Below are positions 48,616 through 64,000 of a DNA stretch of 64,000 nucleotides, one piece after another. The stretch lies in assembly GCA_012295275.1 (NCBI GenBank), contig CM022667.1:17360001-17424000 (forward strand), given 5' to 3'. The notes under the pieces are model-generated. The model had not been told where the DNA came from. It did no database searches and saw only the letters and a list, made by a program, of their open reading frames with translations. The stretch comes from Chrysomallon squamiferum (Eukaryota; Animalia; Mollusca). Position numbers and translations under genes: made by a program. Within the stretch, counting starts at the first letter, position 1. Each line of letters opens with the position of its first letter.

Positions 48616-48743
48616 AAAATCTTTCTGAAACGAACACAGGGGTCTCGGTTTAGGGACATTAATCAGAAATATACCAGTGATTAACGTGTAATAAATTATT
48701 TTTGTTATTATTATTATTATTATGTTTTAGTTCTGCAACTATT

Positions 48744-48838
<95 letters not shown>

Positions 48839-50027
48839 AATATATCTATTTATATGTTAATTCTTATAAACACATAGTATTTAAAATGCATAACGTAAAA
48901 AAGAAAACAATAATAATAAGTGAACAACAAAACGAGAAATGACATTATTATTTCAATTTCTACATTTTATTAAGATTTGAAATAGACGAAATTCAATTTG
49001 TTTCACTCTAACAAAAAATGGAATGGTTTCGAAATGCATCCTATCTCAGCCCATCCAATTTAACATATATACATTTGGATTGTGAAAAGATTTATTATAA
49101 TAAAACTATATTAGGCTACATTATTCTTTGTTTCCGGATACATAACTTGCATTTTACGTACCCACAGCTCTCACTATTCAGCTTATAGCAGTTCAAGAGG
49201 TGTATCCAGAACAATTATTCTACGAACTTTCATTACTAAGAAAACTAATTAATGAAAAAATTAAACAAAACTAAGCAATTATTAAGAATACCACTCTTTC
49301 AGTTAAACTGTATAATAGTTAACATAAAAGTAAAAATAAAAGCAAAGGAATGGAAGATGAATCCATAAACGAACACACGGTTAAATTAAAGGCTGAACGA
49401 ACGAATGAATAAACTAACGAATAAACAGAAAGGATGAACGACAGAATCAATAAATGGTGAATAAAACGAAACACTGAATTAACGAAAAGTGAAAGGTATG
49501 ATAAATAAATAAAAAGAAGACGGACGTCAGTTAACGATCTGTAACACCATGAACACAACAGCAATTTAAATTAACCCGCCCGCAACAACAACAACAACAA
49601 CAATATTAATAATAAAAAATAAAAACAAATAAAAATAAGTTCCCTCTGGTTCTTTCACTACTTGTTTGTATACGTGCAGTAAGGCACGTTCGCTTACCTC
49701 TGGTCAATGCACTTCTCGTTGATTTGTATGACCACCAGTCTACGACAGTTTGTCATTGCCGAAATTAACCGAACCGTGTCCTGGTTACGAGGAAAAGAAT
49801 ATACTTTCACGACGTCACTTCTATTTGTCTTCTAGGTCGCCTTCGGGCGAAGTACTCACGAACTAGTACTAAAAGGTTCATTTACATCTATAAATCATAC
49901 AATAAAAAGAATAAGACCAGGGCCGTGTTATTTTACGTGAACGGAAGAAAATAAGAACGATGGCCATTGGGAAAAATATAATCTAAATTACTGACCGACT
50001 GTTTGTGTGTTTGAGTATATGTGCGTG

Positions 50028-50100
<73 letters not shown>

Positions 50101-50578
50101 TGTGTGATTAGTACATACAATGTATGTATTTAGAAATTAATCTTCTTTGTCTTATGTACATCTGATTAGACTCTGCTCATAGACAATATTCTAAAACGCA
50201 GTGGTATAGGAGAACGAAGTCGAATCACAAACGTCAAAAGTCGTTAGACATCCATTCGCCAGTTCACCGGAGGCGATACCACATGAGCACGTGTGTTTTG
50301 TTTGTTTACGTTTCATCTCTTAATTGCCAAGAAAAGTGTCAGAATGTCAAATACAAACTCATCCTTTGTCTGACAAGATTTCTTTTCGCACATGTTACTA
50401 GAAATGAAACAAAAAGTTTCAAACTTGTTTCCTTTTTTAAAACCACTAACTAAATATAAACACACTTACGTAAGATTGCCTTCCGGGTTCAGAAAGTAAC
50501 CAAGAAAAATTGTTTACCTGTAGGCTGAATAAATTCATCTTTTGGTTTTTCTCTTTCTCTCTCTCTGTCTCACTCTTT

Positions 50579-50674
<96 letters not shown>

Positions 50675-50983
50675 TTGAAATATGAGAGGAAAGACAAATA
50701 TCTTTCTGTCTATATGTCTCTCTTTCCTTCTGTCTATGTGTGCGTGTGTGTGTGTATATATGTGTGTGTATATATATATATGTGTGTGTGTGTGTCTGTG
50801 TGTGTATATATGGTATATATGTATGTATATAGTTATATTTGTGTATTTATATATTTATATGTATACAGATGTAAATATATACATACATTTATACATATAC
50901 ATATGCATATATATATATATATATATACACATACATATATACACATATACATATATACACATATACATATATACACACACACA

Positions 50984-51019
<36 letters not shown>

Positions 51020-51219
51020 TAGCTATTTCTCTTTCCTCACATATTTCAAAAATAATCGTTGTATATCAACCTCAAATGCATAAGTATTTGAGTCAGTTGC
51101 TGATTAAAATGTATTCTGTTTGGTGTGTTATCTTGAACGATATTTCTTTTTCTTTATTATTCTATAACACTTATTTATTTCTTTTCTTCTTTTGTTTTTG
51201 TTTCTTTTCTTTTTCTCTT

Positions 51220-51261
<42 letters not shown>

Positions 51262-51790
51262 CTTTCTTGATTTATTATTATTTTTATTTTTTTAGACAAT
51301 AACATTTAACTTAAAAATAAAGTTGTGGGATACATTTTACATTGAATTATAAATTAGAGGAAATGCAAGTTTTCTTAATTCGTTAACAGAAATGTAACAT
51401 CCGGGAAACACGTTTCTCAAAATGGACTCAGCAGAATTAATGACATCAAGTACATCGCTGTCCTTGCTGGCAATTAGCGTTTTTCTGAAAAACAGATTTA
51501 TTATTTTCATTTTATTTACTGGTGACGTGTTGGGTCTGTTTTTATTTCTTTTTTCTTCGCTGTTTTAAGTTTATTTATTTATTTATTTATTGTTTGGTGG
51601 GTTTTTTGGTGTTTTTTTGTTATTGTTGTTTTTTTTTTTAATTGTTATTCATTCATTCATTCATGCATTCATTCTCAAATCAGGAAAAATATATCTTTTG
51701 TATCTTCAGGATGTTGTAGGAATATAAACTATGTTACTCAGAAAACTATAAGTAGATGATTCAGTCATTTCACACCCACACACTGACACA

Positions 51791-51908
<118 letters not shown>

Positions 51909-52315
51909 AGAAACACATACACACATACAAATACACACAAACACAACATAAATGCATACATTGTGATACTTGGTAAATACATACATCTATATATCTTTCA
52001 TTTATTAGTGATCTACATTTTTCTCTTTATTAAAGGTCGGAGAAATTTCTAACAGACATTTTGTGTACGTCTGATTATATTATTTTTGGAATCGTTAATT
52101 TCTAACTGTTAAATTAACATTAACAATCCATGTCATTTCTGCATATTTCCTGTATATGCAGACATACTATAAGGAAATAAATGACAGTTTTACAATGGTT
52201 TACTCATTAACAGTAAATATGAATAAGAAAAATGAGTATATCCTTGTCTCACCTGTCATATGTGTCAATCACCTATTTATATATTCAGTTATTTTCTGTC
52301 ATTACAAATAATGAT

Positions 52316-52363
<48 letters not shown>

Positions 52364-52430
52364 GGGGTTCTGTTTCTAATTTAATCTTCATGATCTTGTT
52401 AACAAATATATACCATCAGATCTAAGAGAT

Positions 52431-52457
52431 GCGGTAGCTCAGTGGTTAGAGTTCACG
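52431..52457 (+). mobile_element. tRNA-derived SINE head fragment (A-box only)
   Basis: GCGGTAGCTCAGTGGTTAGAG matches a Pol III A-box/tRNA D-arm. No B-box or cloverleaf follows. Confidence 0.35.
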
Positions 52458-53744
52458 AGTTTATTTGTCTTTCCAATACATACCCACTCAGAGAAATTTG
52501 ATTCCAGTATATGAGAAGCTGTATAGAGAAGATATGAGTAAACCGTAGATATGCAGAAGGTTTTGGTTCTCATATCAGCTAACATTTCGTTTAGCTAACG
52601 ATTAGTAATATATATCTGCATGAAAGGTTTTTGTACCAGACAGATCATTAATAAAGATCTATCCCCGTTTTGACTTCATAAACAGGAAGTTGCCGGTGCG
52701 CAAGAAGACGCGACTGACGTCCACTCTGTCAAGTCTGGAAAACACTGTCCGTCTAACTCTTTGTTTATCACTTCATCCGCTGTCCTGTACTCCGCGTCAG
52801 CCACAACGTCTCTCATCAATCACCGAAATGACCAAAACAAATAAGTCCATTAAGTTCACTTTTGTTTGAATAATTAGCCGGTACTAAATAATCACTGATT
52901 GTTATGGTAATATTGTTTTTGTCTTTTTAATTTTTATTTATTTATTTTGATAATAAGATAATAGTTCTAATGTAACAAGATTCTTCTTATTATAGAACAA
53001 ACTGTTGTGGTAGAAAAATACCATTTAAGAAAATAAATATCCTGTTTTTATTTACACACACAAAATGTCCATGCACATGCACATCAACAACAGAAAAATA
53101 TTTATACATTTGAAATATTATACAAATTTCAATACAAATATATAGATACATAATATCATTCCAGGATCTTAAACATAACCACTTACACAAGCTGAAGACC
53201 CACAAGTGACAGTATTCACATAATACAAGGTAATATAAACTGATAAAGTAAAACTAATATTATGTGTATATATAGCCTTATACTTAGCTGTTATACGAAA
53301 TGATTATTCTGCTATATATATATATATATTTAGAAACAGTATTCTGAGCTAACATCACACGAACTTCTTTCATTCCCTGTAAGAACAAAATGAATAAAAG
53401 GATATACTTGTCACTTTCTTACTAACAGATTCATATATACAAAAAAATAATAATATCATCATGCCACTATCCTATTTATTTCTTAATACATATCAATAAA
53501 TATAAAAACTGGGATTAACTGTCTACGCGGATACCAACGGGGTTCAATCGAAATTCGGCCTCCCACAATATTTTTGCCAACCGATATTTTGTTTCCCCTA
53601 TAAAGTAGTATGACATGTGTACCTAGTCTCACACAGTGACATCCTCCCCTATCATTCTAGACTTTGGAACCGCCGTGTATTCTTTACATACCACTATCAC
53701 AGCTGATGACGTTCACTATATTATCCGTCCAGATTATAAACAAT

Positions 53745-53995
53745 AGCCATGACGTTGATATGACGAAATGGCCTTGGTAATGCGATGGCAAAAAATGGGT
53801 CATTTTGACCACGTTAAAAATCTTACAAACAGTTTGTGACGCAGACTGTTGGCCTGATGGCACTTCTGGCGATTGATGGGTATTTTTGCAATTGGCCAGT
53901 TTTGGTCATTTCCTTGTCATACTCTGGCAATAAAAACAAATAGTGGACATGCTAGTGGACATTTGTGGATTCATTCACCTCTGTAACACGACTTG
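53745..53995 (+). promoter_or_regulatory. Putative promoter and leader exon of TyrB3
   Basis: Contains TGACG..TGACGAAA..GCCTTGGT (shared with TyrB2), TTACAAA..TGTGACG and ATTGGCCA..CATTTCCT, with donor ACTTG|GTGAGT at 53996. Matching acceptor at 54778. Confidence 0.6.
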
Positions 53996-54796
53996 GTGAG
54001 TTTTTGCTATTGACCGTTTACAGTGTATTGTTATAAACATGTTACACTATTTGTTTTGTACTAAACGTGTTGGAATTCTCTCATCAAATCATTCTTGAAA
54101 AAGTATTTTATCATTCTATTTGTTTGTTAACGTCTGGCTGTTTAAAAGTAGTACAGCAGTAGCAGTAGAAGTAATGGTAGTAGTAACAGCAACAGCTACA
54201 GTAGTTACACAGAAGAAAGAAAAACATAATTAAAAAGAAGAGTAGAGAACAAAGAAAGCAATAATTATGTTGAAGTTTTTTGTTTGTTCCACTTTCTGGT
54301 ACATTTTAAGTAATCTGTTGTTGCTCAGATGTATAGAAATAATAAAAACGGTTTCGCTATGAATTACAGTTACTGCTCAAAGATGTGGAAAAAACAAAAG
54401 CAAAAACAAACAAATTAATCAGATTAGATGTCGTGGGATAATCTAGTCTTGGTAGCATTAAAGGTATTAGAAGTAATAGTAGAAACAGTAGAACCAATAG
54501 CAGCAGCAAAAGCAATAGTGGTAATGGTAGAAGTAGTAGTAATAGTACTAGCTATAGTTAAGCAGAAACAGTAATAGTAGTAGCAGCAGCAGCAGCAGTT
54601 TCTATAACAGAAAACTGGAAAAGCTAAATAAGTAAATTAATGACTTAGAGAAGTATTCGTCTTACTGTTACGATCACATTGTGCTTTATTTTATGCAGAC
54701 ATATTTGAGGGGAAGGTATTCCATGTTTTAATTAAGTTTATTATATTTGTTTTTATTTATTAATTTTAATTTTTTCAGAAGAATCGAATCATCCCG

Positions 54797-55687
54797 ATGA
54801 TTCTCATTCCACCTTCGTCTGCCTGGAAACTGACATGCCTAATAACATGTGTCGTCATCTGCCTGCCCGGCGTGTCCTCGCGAATTAAAACCACCAGCAT
54901 GTCCTCCAAACTCTCAGACTGCTACAGACGTTTCGCCAACGTCACTCTCGACAGAGTGGTCGGGAAGTTTCTGTCTTGGCACTGTGAGGCTCCGCTGTAT
55001 TTGGAAAGCAGACGACCAAGGTTGAATAACGCTCAGAGGATCTATATTCGGCGTCTGGCTGAAAGAATTGATGGCTTGGGACCTCGCAGAGGCAAGAGAC
55101 AGGCGAGAAGATGTGTGAGGAAAGAGTACAGAACTCTAACAACGAAAGAAAGAAATGATTTCCATCGAGCTATTAATGGACTGAAGCAAAATACAGTGAG
55201 TGTGTCAATTAGTGGTATGTTTTTGTAGGAGTAGATATTAAACAATGTTTATAATTCTTTAAAAAAATAATTTTATCAAGTTTCTTTATGCTATGTTTAA
55301 GATAAGTGTTTCATATTATGAATATCTCTATCGTGAATGCATTTATAAGTTTATATTCTCAAGATGAAAGTAGCTAACATAAACTAAAAGATAACAGTAT
55401 AAAATTATTGTGTCATAAACTTTAAAACTACTCAGTACTTAAAAAAACAACATGTTTTGAACTAGAGATATGAAATGTTTATTTTTAACTTGTTTTCTAG
55501 ATTGTCAGGCCAAACGTGTACGATGCTCTAGCCATGCTGCACACGGAAATGCAACTTCTCAGAGCTCACGGAGGACCCTGTTTTCTTGGCTGGCACAGAG
55601 TGTACCTACTTATGTAAGCATACCGATGAATAAGCATTTCTAAAGGAATCATTAAATATTTAACCCTTTCCAAAAGAGAAGGAAAGA

Positions 55688-55783
<96 letters not shown>

Positions 55784-57911
55784 AAACAAAATGAAATAAT
55801 ATAGATAAAGCATTTAGTTCATATGTATTTTTCCTTATAAATCAAAAACAAAAATATATATTGTATTATATATTCTAGGTTTGAAATGGCTCTAGGAGAT
55901 GAGGTGCCTGGCGTCTGTCTTCCATACTGGGACAGCAGTTTGGACAGTGAATTAGATGATCCATCACAATCTTACCTTTTCAGTCCAGAGTTTCTGGGCA
56001 ATGGTGAAGGTCCTATTAGAACAGGACCTTTTGCTGGGTGGAGGCGACCCCAGGACGTCAGCAGACCAAACAGCCCACAGTCCCCAGTAATACGAAATGT
56101 TGGATCTGACGGGCAACTGTTCTCACGAGAATCCATTGAAATGATTTTATCTCGTAACGACCATTCAGAAATTATTGCTCCCAATGCCGACCCCGACTAC
56201 GACATCGAAGTACAACACGGCGGAATCCACATGTTTATTGGTGGAGATATGGAAGCGTTGGAGACTTCGCCTTTTGACCCAATATTCTACATGCACCACG
56301 CATTCGTCGACTATATATGGGAACTGTTTCGTGCAAAAATGAGGAACCAGCTCAATATGGATCCTTCAAGAAATTACCCGGTGAACCACAACATCCAGTT
56401 CCATGGTCGCGACGATAGCATGGAACTCGCAGCTAATATGACTTGCGGCGAAGGCTACAGTGATCAGCTTATGGAAACTGTGGTGTACGAAGCTTCACCG
56501 TCTTGCACACGACGTCGTCCATCGTGTGACTCTCCCTACTTGAGATGTCAGCTGGACACCGGGCGCTGTGTACCACTAACGCTTCAAGAATCACCAGTTC
56601 CAGTGAACCCTAATCCAGGTCCCGGCACTCTGCCTCCAGTCGATAAGTGTGCTCATGTCGAAAGAGAAAGACATAAAGTGAAGCCTTGCCAGAATACTTA
56701 CTGTCTTAACGGAATCTGCGACATCAACCAGTGGGTTTATGTTCCAGTCAAAGTGGTAACACTGCGATCTCCTGGTTACAAGAACTATCAGTCGTTTCCG
56801 GTAGTGAACGGCGACCTCTCCACTGCCAACGACATCTACAGTCCGAGAGGCTACAGCAGAACTCGACAACTCATAGACAGACGACAAGGAAAGACGCCCA
56901 GGGGATATTCCAAGTGTCAGGAAGATGGTATAGGACAGATCTTTTTCCAGTCTCGAGGTCTCAATTATGACGGAGTATATAAGGAATCTGCTCTCATTGA
57001 TCAGAGATTAGCCACCACAATGGCGATAGCATACATCGCCGTCAAGGATCCTGGTCGAAACGGTGTAACAAGAGCTCTTTTCCGAGCTTCCGACTCTTGT
57101 GGCCGAGTGTGTCACACGTCCTGCAGAAACCCAAGAACTGGCAGGTTCGAACCCTGCTCTGGTATCATCGAACTGGATTCCATGTATCCATTAATGTACA
57201 GTAAAAACTATGGTGATGCTACGCTTGGCGTCTGGAACTATGGCAACGGTAATCGTTGTCCAATGTTCAACAGGGATCAGTTCTTCATGACCTTTTACTG
57301 CGATTATCAGGATCATCTCCCTTGGGTGGAAAAGATGACTGCGCCGTCTATGGTGCCTGTTGTCAGACCAGTCCCGCGACCTGTTGTCGTTAATAGACAA
57401 GGTGAGTGCTTTTAATTAAAAAAGTCTGTTGACGTAACTGTTTTATAAGTAGCATTAGAAGTATGCCTTTGTATCTGTCAGTTTGTCTGTATGTAGGCAT
57501 ATCCGTCAATCATCTACCCATTCATTCATTCTCTTTATTTTACTTTATTTTATTTTATTTCATTTTATTTGTTCTGCTACAGAATGTCGGGTTAGTAGGA
57601 CTTGTGTCATTGACGTGCCGTGTTACTCAAGGAGACTTCACTGTCGAATTTTCGGTGAGACGCATCAGTGCCGTGGTAGCTGCGGTAAATACGCCGTCTG
57701 TCATTACGGACATTATTCGGAGAGGCGCTGTCCAGGTGGTATGATGTTCAGCGAAACAATGCATCGATGTACGTCATCGCCATGTAGAGCTGCTGTTGGA
57801 CCAGTACCAGTTTTTCAGACAAGATGGTCATTTGGACAAAAACCAGTTAACTATGTTCGCAGTCTTGGTAACAGAATGACTGGAATTATCGGGAGGTTTA
57901 CAGGCAAATAA
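54797..57911 (+). CDS. Secreted tyrosinase-like protein (TyrB3), join(54797..55195,55501..55613,55879..57401,57583..57911), 787 aa
   Basis: Same exon structure and phases. CuA is LHTEMQLLRAHGGPCFLGWHRVY; CuB is EVQHGGIHMFIGGDM..PFDPIFYMHHAFVD. Shorter Pro linker. The last exon contains C..YAVCHYG..CPGGMMF..C; total 2364 nt in frame. Confidence 0.92.
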
Positions 57912-58932
57912 ATAAATAATCGTAATATGGAAGCCGATGCAGGGCTGAAACAATTACTAATGATAATAACAATAATGATGACGATGATGACGATGAAAAT
58001 ACTTAATATACCCTGTACCTTAAACAGTTATTTATATTTTAATCCATGTTGTTAAATTAAATACAGTTCGAGTATTATCAGAGAAATATAATTTCCTAAC
58101 TGTTACGATACAGAATAAGAATAAAAATTCTTCTGTTGACCCGTCATGTCATGTTGAATAGCGTGTTTCTGATTCGCGTACATTTTTCCGTTGAAAAAGT
58201 TTTCTGTATTTTTTTCATAAGCAGAAAAGCAGTTCAGTGACTTTTCGTATACTTTATTGAATACTGACTAAAAAGTGAATTGAAAAGAATTGTTTTTGAC
58301 ACCCTTAATCAATCAAATATACAGTCTACATTAAAAAGTAAGTAATGAAAGTAAAAAAAAAAAAGAAAAAAAAATCAATTCACCTGAAACATCATAGAAG
58401 TACATCAAAAAAATATATGATTAAACTGATATATATTAATGTGGAAGCTGTATAGCGAAGATTTTCTTTCTTCTTCTACTTTTAATTATTAGTGTTGTTT
58501 TTACTGTTGTACTATTTATTTATGTTTTATTTACCAGAAACGCAGATTAGACACTCGAATCTTACCCATGTGGATAATTTCCATGTTAATCAGAGTTGCG
58601 TGACTGATTTATCCATTCTGTCCATTCATTATCTGATACATAAACAAACAGTGGAGGAAACAATAATTTCTCGTTCATTTCATTGTTATATTTAAAAACT
58701 CCACATATATTTGATACATAATACTGAAGTAATAGCTACCTACTATTAATTATAGAATATTCAGTAATAAATTATCATTTATGTTTTTATTTCTTCAGTA
58801 CACAGTGGAAACGATTAAACTGAGTGAAAATATAAAATGTTATATTTTTTCACCGGTGAAAATATTTGTAAATATCTGTAAATATTTGTAAATATAGTTT
58901 GTTTATAGAAATATTTAAAATTGACAATCGCT

Positions 58933-59080
58933 TGTACTTATTATTTGTAAATTTACTGAATTAAAAATACACTTTATATTTTTAAAAATGTTTGTTTTTG
59001 GTTTTTGTTGTATTTATTTTCTATTTTATTTTATTTTTGTTGTTGTTGCTATTGTTATTATAAGTGATGTACATAGCATA

Positions 59081-59115
<35 letters not shown>

Positions 59116-59937
59116 TAGACACATCATAGAAAGATAATATATAGATACATAGATAGATATAGATATAGATATATAGTTAGATTGATGATAGATACATACA
59201 TACACACATACACACACATACATACGTTTTATATATATATATATATTTATACACACATACAAACATATGCACACGTGGGTGCGTATATACATACATACAA
59301 TATATATAAATTTTATATACAGACAGACAGACAGACATACATATAAACAGATTGACATACATACACAAACAAACAGACATGAATGTACATAAGGAAACAG
59401 ACAGACGGAAACAACAATATAACAATATATATGTACTTATTATTTGTAAATTTACTGAATTAAAAATACACTGTATATTTGTAAAAATGTTTGTTTTTGG
59501 TTATTGTTCTATTTATTTTCTATTTTATTTAATTTTTGTTGTTGTTGCTATTGTTTTTATAAGAGATGTACATAGCATAACATATATATCAGTATATATA
59601 TATATATATATACACACACACATATGTGTGTGTGTGAGTAGACACATCATAGAAAGATAATATATAGATACACAGACAGATACAGATATAGATATATAGT
59701 TAGATGATAGATACATACATACAAACATACACACACATACATAATATATACAAACATATACATACGTACGTGCGTGTGTACGTATATACATACATACATA
59801 CATTATATAGAAATATTATATACATACAGACAGACATACACGCAAAAAGGTTGACACACAGACACAAAAAAACAGACAGACATGAATATATATATAAGGA
59901 AACAGACAGACGGAAACAACAATACAAAAATATATAT
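58933..59937. repeat. About 500-bp tandem duplication
   Basis: TGTACTTATTATTTGTAAATTTACTGAATTAAAAATACAC occurs at 58933 and 59432. The downstream blocks GAGTAGACACATCATAGAAAGATAATATATAGATAC and AAGGAAACAGACAGACGGAAACAACAATA are also repeated. Confidence 0.9.
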
Positions 59938-61268
59938 GCACACGATATACAATATGCCAAGAAATATCATTTTGATATGCATGATCCATGATAAAGAAAA
60001 AAAAAAAAAATCAAAAATAATATGTAAAATCAAAAACGATTATATATGACTTTACAGACGCTCGATGATGTGGGTCATGGCATTTTTTCCTCTATGATGG
60101 ACTATTTTTTAGCTAGCAACTGTTTGCTTTTAGTTTGTCCACTGTAGTACCATGTACCGTAAATAAAATCATTAATATAAAAAATATATATATTTAATTA
60201 ACTTTATACTATTAAGGGTTATTAGGTGATACTCATATATGTATAATATGATTCATTCATTTTGATATTCATTCATTTATTACCTGATTATTGTCAGATT
60301 GTTATTTCTCACACCAGTGTTGTGTACAGGAAGTGCATAATTATCACTTAATAACAACATTAAAATCAAATATATAATTATTTATTTGTTTGTTTTGTTT
60401 CTATTACTTCCTGACATGCGGCTTAAAAGAAGGGTTTCTAAAAAGCAGGTCATATTTACTAGAAGAAAATGTGTTTACTTTGTCTGACGAAATGAAGTTA
60501 ATTAATCACACTGACCCACGGACTGGCCGGATGGCGCAGGGGACATCGTCTGTTTGAATAATTACACACTCGCTGGAAGATTTCATTCTTCCGTGTCTGC
60601 ATCTTAATATTATTCAGCGAGATTTCCATTCTAAGCAGTGGTTTTAATGGTTAAGTACTTTTTTCAAAAGTTAATTCCTACTGAAAATTAGTTTAGAAAT
60701 AAAATGAAAAGTGATGCAGTTAAGACAACAGCGGATGATAGGCAGTTGTGTCCACGCTAAATGTTTTCACGTTTAAGGAGTGGCCTGTGGCCTTACTTTC
60801 CGCTTACATACAAACAGCTGACCTCTTTCTCAAACTAATTTCAGAGATAAACGTTTTACGATTATTTTTAATGACTATTTTTTGGCCTGAAGGTGAAGCA
60901 TCTGCTAACTATGTCAAGCGATGTTCAGATTATTAAATGTTGACCGGAACGATCATACTCTAATTCATTCTTCAGTTTTTTCAGTTATATTTTTCAATTA
61001 TAGTCAGTGAAGCCAAAAAAAAATAAAAAATGATATGTATATTTGGGTTAAATGAAGGAACTTGTGAAATAATTGTTGCAGATAACAGGAGCGAGGATTC
61101 TCACCTATTCATTGTAACATAAAGATATGTACATAGAGAGGCAAGAAGTAACGACAGAAAAACGGACAGATGGAACAAATAATTATAAAATATACTCAGG
61201 TTAAAAAATTATATATTTACCTATTCTGTACCATTTGATCCTGTTTTTATCTATATATATATATATAC

Positions 61269-61357
<89 letters not shown>

Positions 61358-61698
61358 AGATTATCGATGATGCTACATCTTACGATGTTTAAAACATCCG
61401 TTGCACTACTTCTTTAAAAACTTCGATATATTCAAAGACGATATATTACCAAATATTCGTTGTTGTTTGATGTTGGTTTTTTTAAATGAAACTACACTAA
61501 CATCTGTGTTGGAAGTTCAGATCAGGGGTTAGTTGGACTAGCCAGGATAGTGTTAGACAAACAGAGAGAAAAGCGAGTCTAGAGGTCTTAAACCTTTTAT
61601 ATTAGATCTGGTTACAACTCTTCTCAAGATAGAATACCAGTACTAATTTCTCTTACAATCTGTGCAGAATGGACTGACTTTATATATCTATCTATCTA

Positions 61699-61770
<72 letters not shown>

Positions 61771-63079
61771 CATATTTCTTTTAATACGCATTCAAAGTCT
61801 TCCTTGAAAATACAAGCTCACAGCCCCCATCTTAATATGACCTGACCACTACTACCTAACAAATGTCGAGATTAACTGTTCATAAGTAAGTTTATATATG
61901 ATGTACATATGACATAATTTGGTAAATTGATAAACGATGCACTTACGAACTGTTCATTAAAATACGTTTTAAAACGTGTATAATTACTTAATTTATCTTA
62001 CAAAGCAGCATAAATCTTAAAGAAAAAAGGAGTGCACTTTTTTCTAGGTTTTGACAAACGGCCCAAATTCAAGGAAATCATTAATATCACCTTACACGTG
62101 ATGTAACAATGTTGAGGCGCATGCGCTACAGCTACCTTTGCCAAACGTTTCCAAGCAATTACTTACAAATCTAAAAGTACAGAAGAGCTGTTGTCAAAAC
62201 TCTCTATTTTCCAGGTAGAAATTTAATATCAAAGAGACGCCAAATAATTTATAAAATAGTTTTTCAATCTGGAATACAACAACAGCGGTGTTATTAATAA
62301 TAAAAGTAACAGTAACCACCACCACCATCACCACAACAACAACAGCAACAATAATAATAATATTATTATACAATTACATCATTAACTTAACAGTTACAAT
62401 TAAATAATCGAATTAATAATAGTAATAATAATAGCAATAATACTGATAAATTTTAAAATGAAATAAAAATCTAAATAATTAAATAAACATCATTCTTAAT
62501 GAAGTAATGAAGTATGAAACCTAATATGAGAAAAAAAAACGTTTAGAAAAAGAAATAATAATCATATAAACATCTCTCAATCACTTCATTAATTATGAAT
62601 ACAAAATACACAAAGCAATACAATTTGTTTTATGTTACTTTTCTTATAATTTTTATATGCCAGTTATTCGTTTAAGGAAGAGCAATTCATCAGTAGCAAA
62701 AAAACAAAAGTGAAATAAATAAAATGATATAAGTTAAAATATGCATTTTTCTTTTCTTTTGTTTTTCTTTCGTGCTATTATTTTTTTTTTTTTTAATTTT
62801 TAAATTATATATGTATATAAGCACACATAAAACAATTCAAAACTGAAAGAAGAAATAAAACTAAATATGAATTATCAGTGGTCTCGTCTTCGACGTCATG
62901 ATTTTATTGTAATTTAGCATTTATTCTTCCAGTCACTCATTCATTCACGAAGAGAATTCAGAGATAATTAATATATTAGTAAAGGTCACCTTTCCGTGCC
63001 TGCTAAGAAAAATACAATTGAATTTCACCGGAACACATACAATAATAATAATAATAATAATATCACATATATCTGTCGA

Positions 63080-63351
63080 CAAATGACAGCCGTGACGTAA
63101 TGTGACGAAACAGTGTTTGTCACGTGACTCCGATTTAACTTCTCCGAGTTCCAGGTTGTCAAAACTTTTACAAATGATCTGTGACGTACTCTGTAAACGC
63201 CTTGCCTGCCTGGTAATTGATAGGCGAATGTTCCATTGGCCATCGTGGGGCATTTCCTCGATTTGGTTAGCAAATAAATAGGCACAATGAAGATTCTCGT
63301 GAAGTAGCTTGGGAACACACTTACCTGAGTCAAACACACACAACACGTCAG
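63080..63351 (+). promoter_or_regulatory. Fourth TyrB-type promoter/leader exon with no coding exon inside the window
   Basis: Shares exact words with all three TyrB upstream blocks in the same order and ends in CAG|GTGAGA at 63352. Confidence 0.6.
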
Positions 63352-63435
63352 GTGAGAGTCTTTTTAACTGTTGTTGTTGTTTTTAATATGAAACAATAAG
63401 AGTACATTACTGTAGATTTAATAATAATAATAATA

Positions 63436-63486
<51 letters not shown>

Positions 63487-64000
63487 TTAATTGAATTAAC
63501 TACATAATTTTGAATACTATCCTGTGCATTGCGGCAGTATCCCGTACACTGTTAAACAAAAATATAGAAAGATTATTATAGATGATTTTAATAAATAAAT
63601 AAATAAATAAATAAAATTATTAAAAGTATGTTAGCATATTATAAAAATAATAACTATATTTTAACGGAATTATTATTATTTTTTTTTTTTAAATCTTTTT
63701 CTGAATTATCAAAATCATAATTTAAAAAAAAATGCAACGATTAATATAGTTTTAAATACGTTAGTTGTATAGTGTTTCAAACAGCCGAGTTAATTTAACA
63801 GAACTTGGTGTACATCAAGCACATCGCCTGGGGCTTAAGCAAAGTAAGTCATTGTCGACGCTTGCTTCTTTGTACGAGTTTATTTTAAATACAAAGTTCA
63901 CAGGTTGACTGATGTACGCTTAGTTAATTACAACAGATAAAGAAACGAGTATGAAAAAATGATAATAAAAAAAAAAAAAGATATAAAATGAAGCAAAATA

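Noticed and set aside
52431-52510. tRNA gene
   Set aside because: Only an A-box-like 5' fragment is present, with no anticodon arm, T-arm or B-box.
62945-63346. 133-aa minus-strand ORF
   Set aside because: It has no recognisable protein features and includes an (AAT)n tract. The region is better explained as a + strand TyrB-type promoter.

Overview
AT-rich eukaryotic genomic DNA dense in microsatellites, most likely from a mollusc (lophotrochozoan; inferred from the protein types, species not determinable). The window holds a head-to-tail array of five intron-containing, + strand genes for secreted tyrosinase-like type-3 copper proteins. All exon junctions were resolved by eye and give continuous reading frames. 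There are two subfamilies. TyrA1/TyrA2 have 3 coding exons, a CuB motif with H-N, and Gly/Met/Pro-rich low-complexity tails ending F-G-K/R-K; TyrA2 also carries a 52-aa tandem repeat. TyrB1-3 have 4 coding exons, a CuB motif with H-G, a Pro-rich linker, a Cys-containing domain I cannot name, and a terminal exon resembling a chitin-binding type-2 domain. Paralogous non-coding leader exons/promoters are visible for both subfamilies. A fourth copy of the TyrB promoter at about 63.1-63.35 kb predicts a sixth gene beyond the window edge. The intergenic DNA contains a pogo/Tigger-like MITE, a decayed Tc1/mariner transposase, SINE-like relics, a 33-bp minisatellite with higher-order structure and several local duplications. 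Almost all other ORFs in the supplied track are microsatellite or antisense artefacts.
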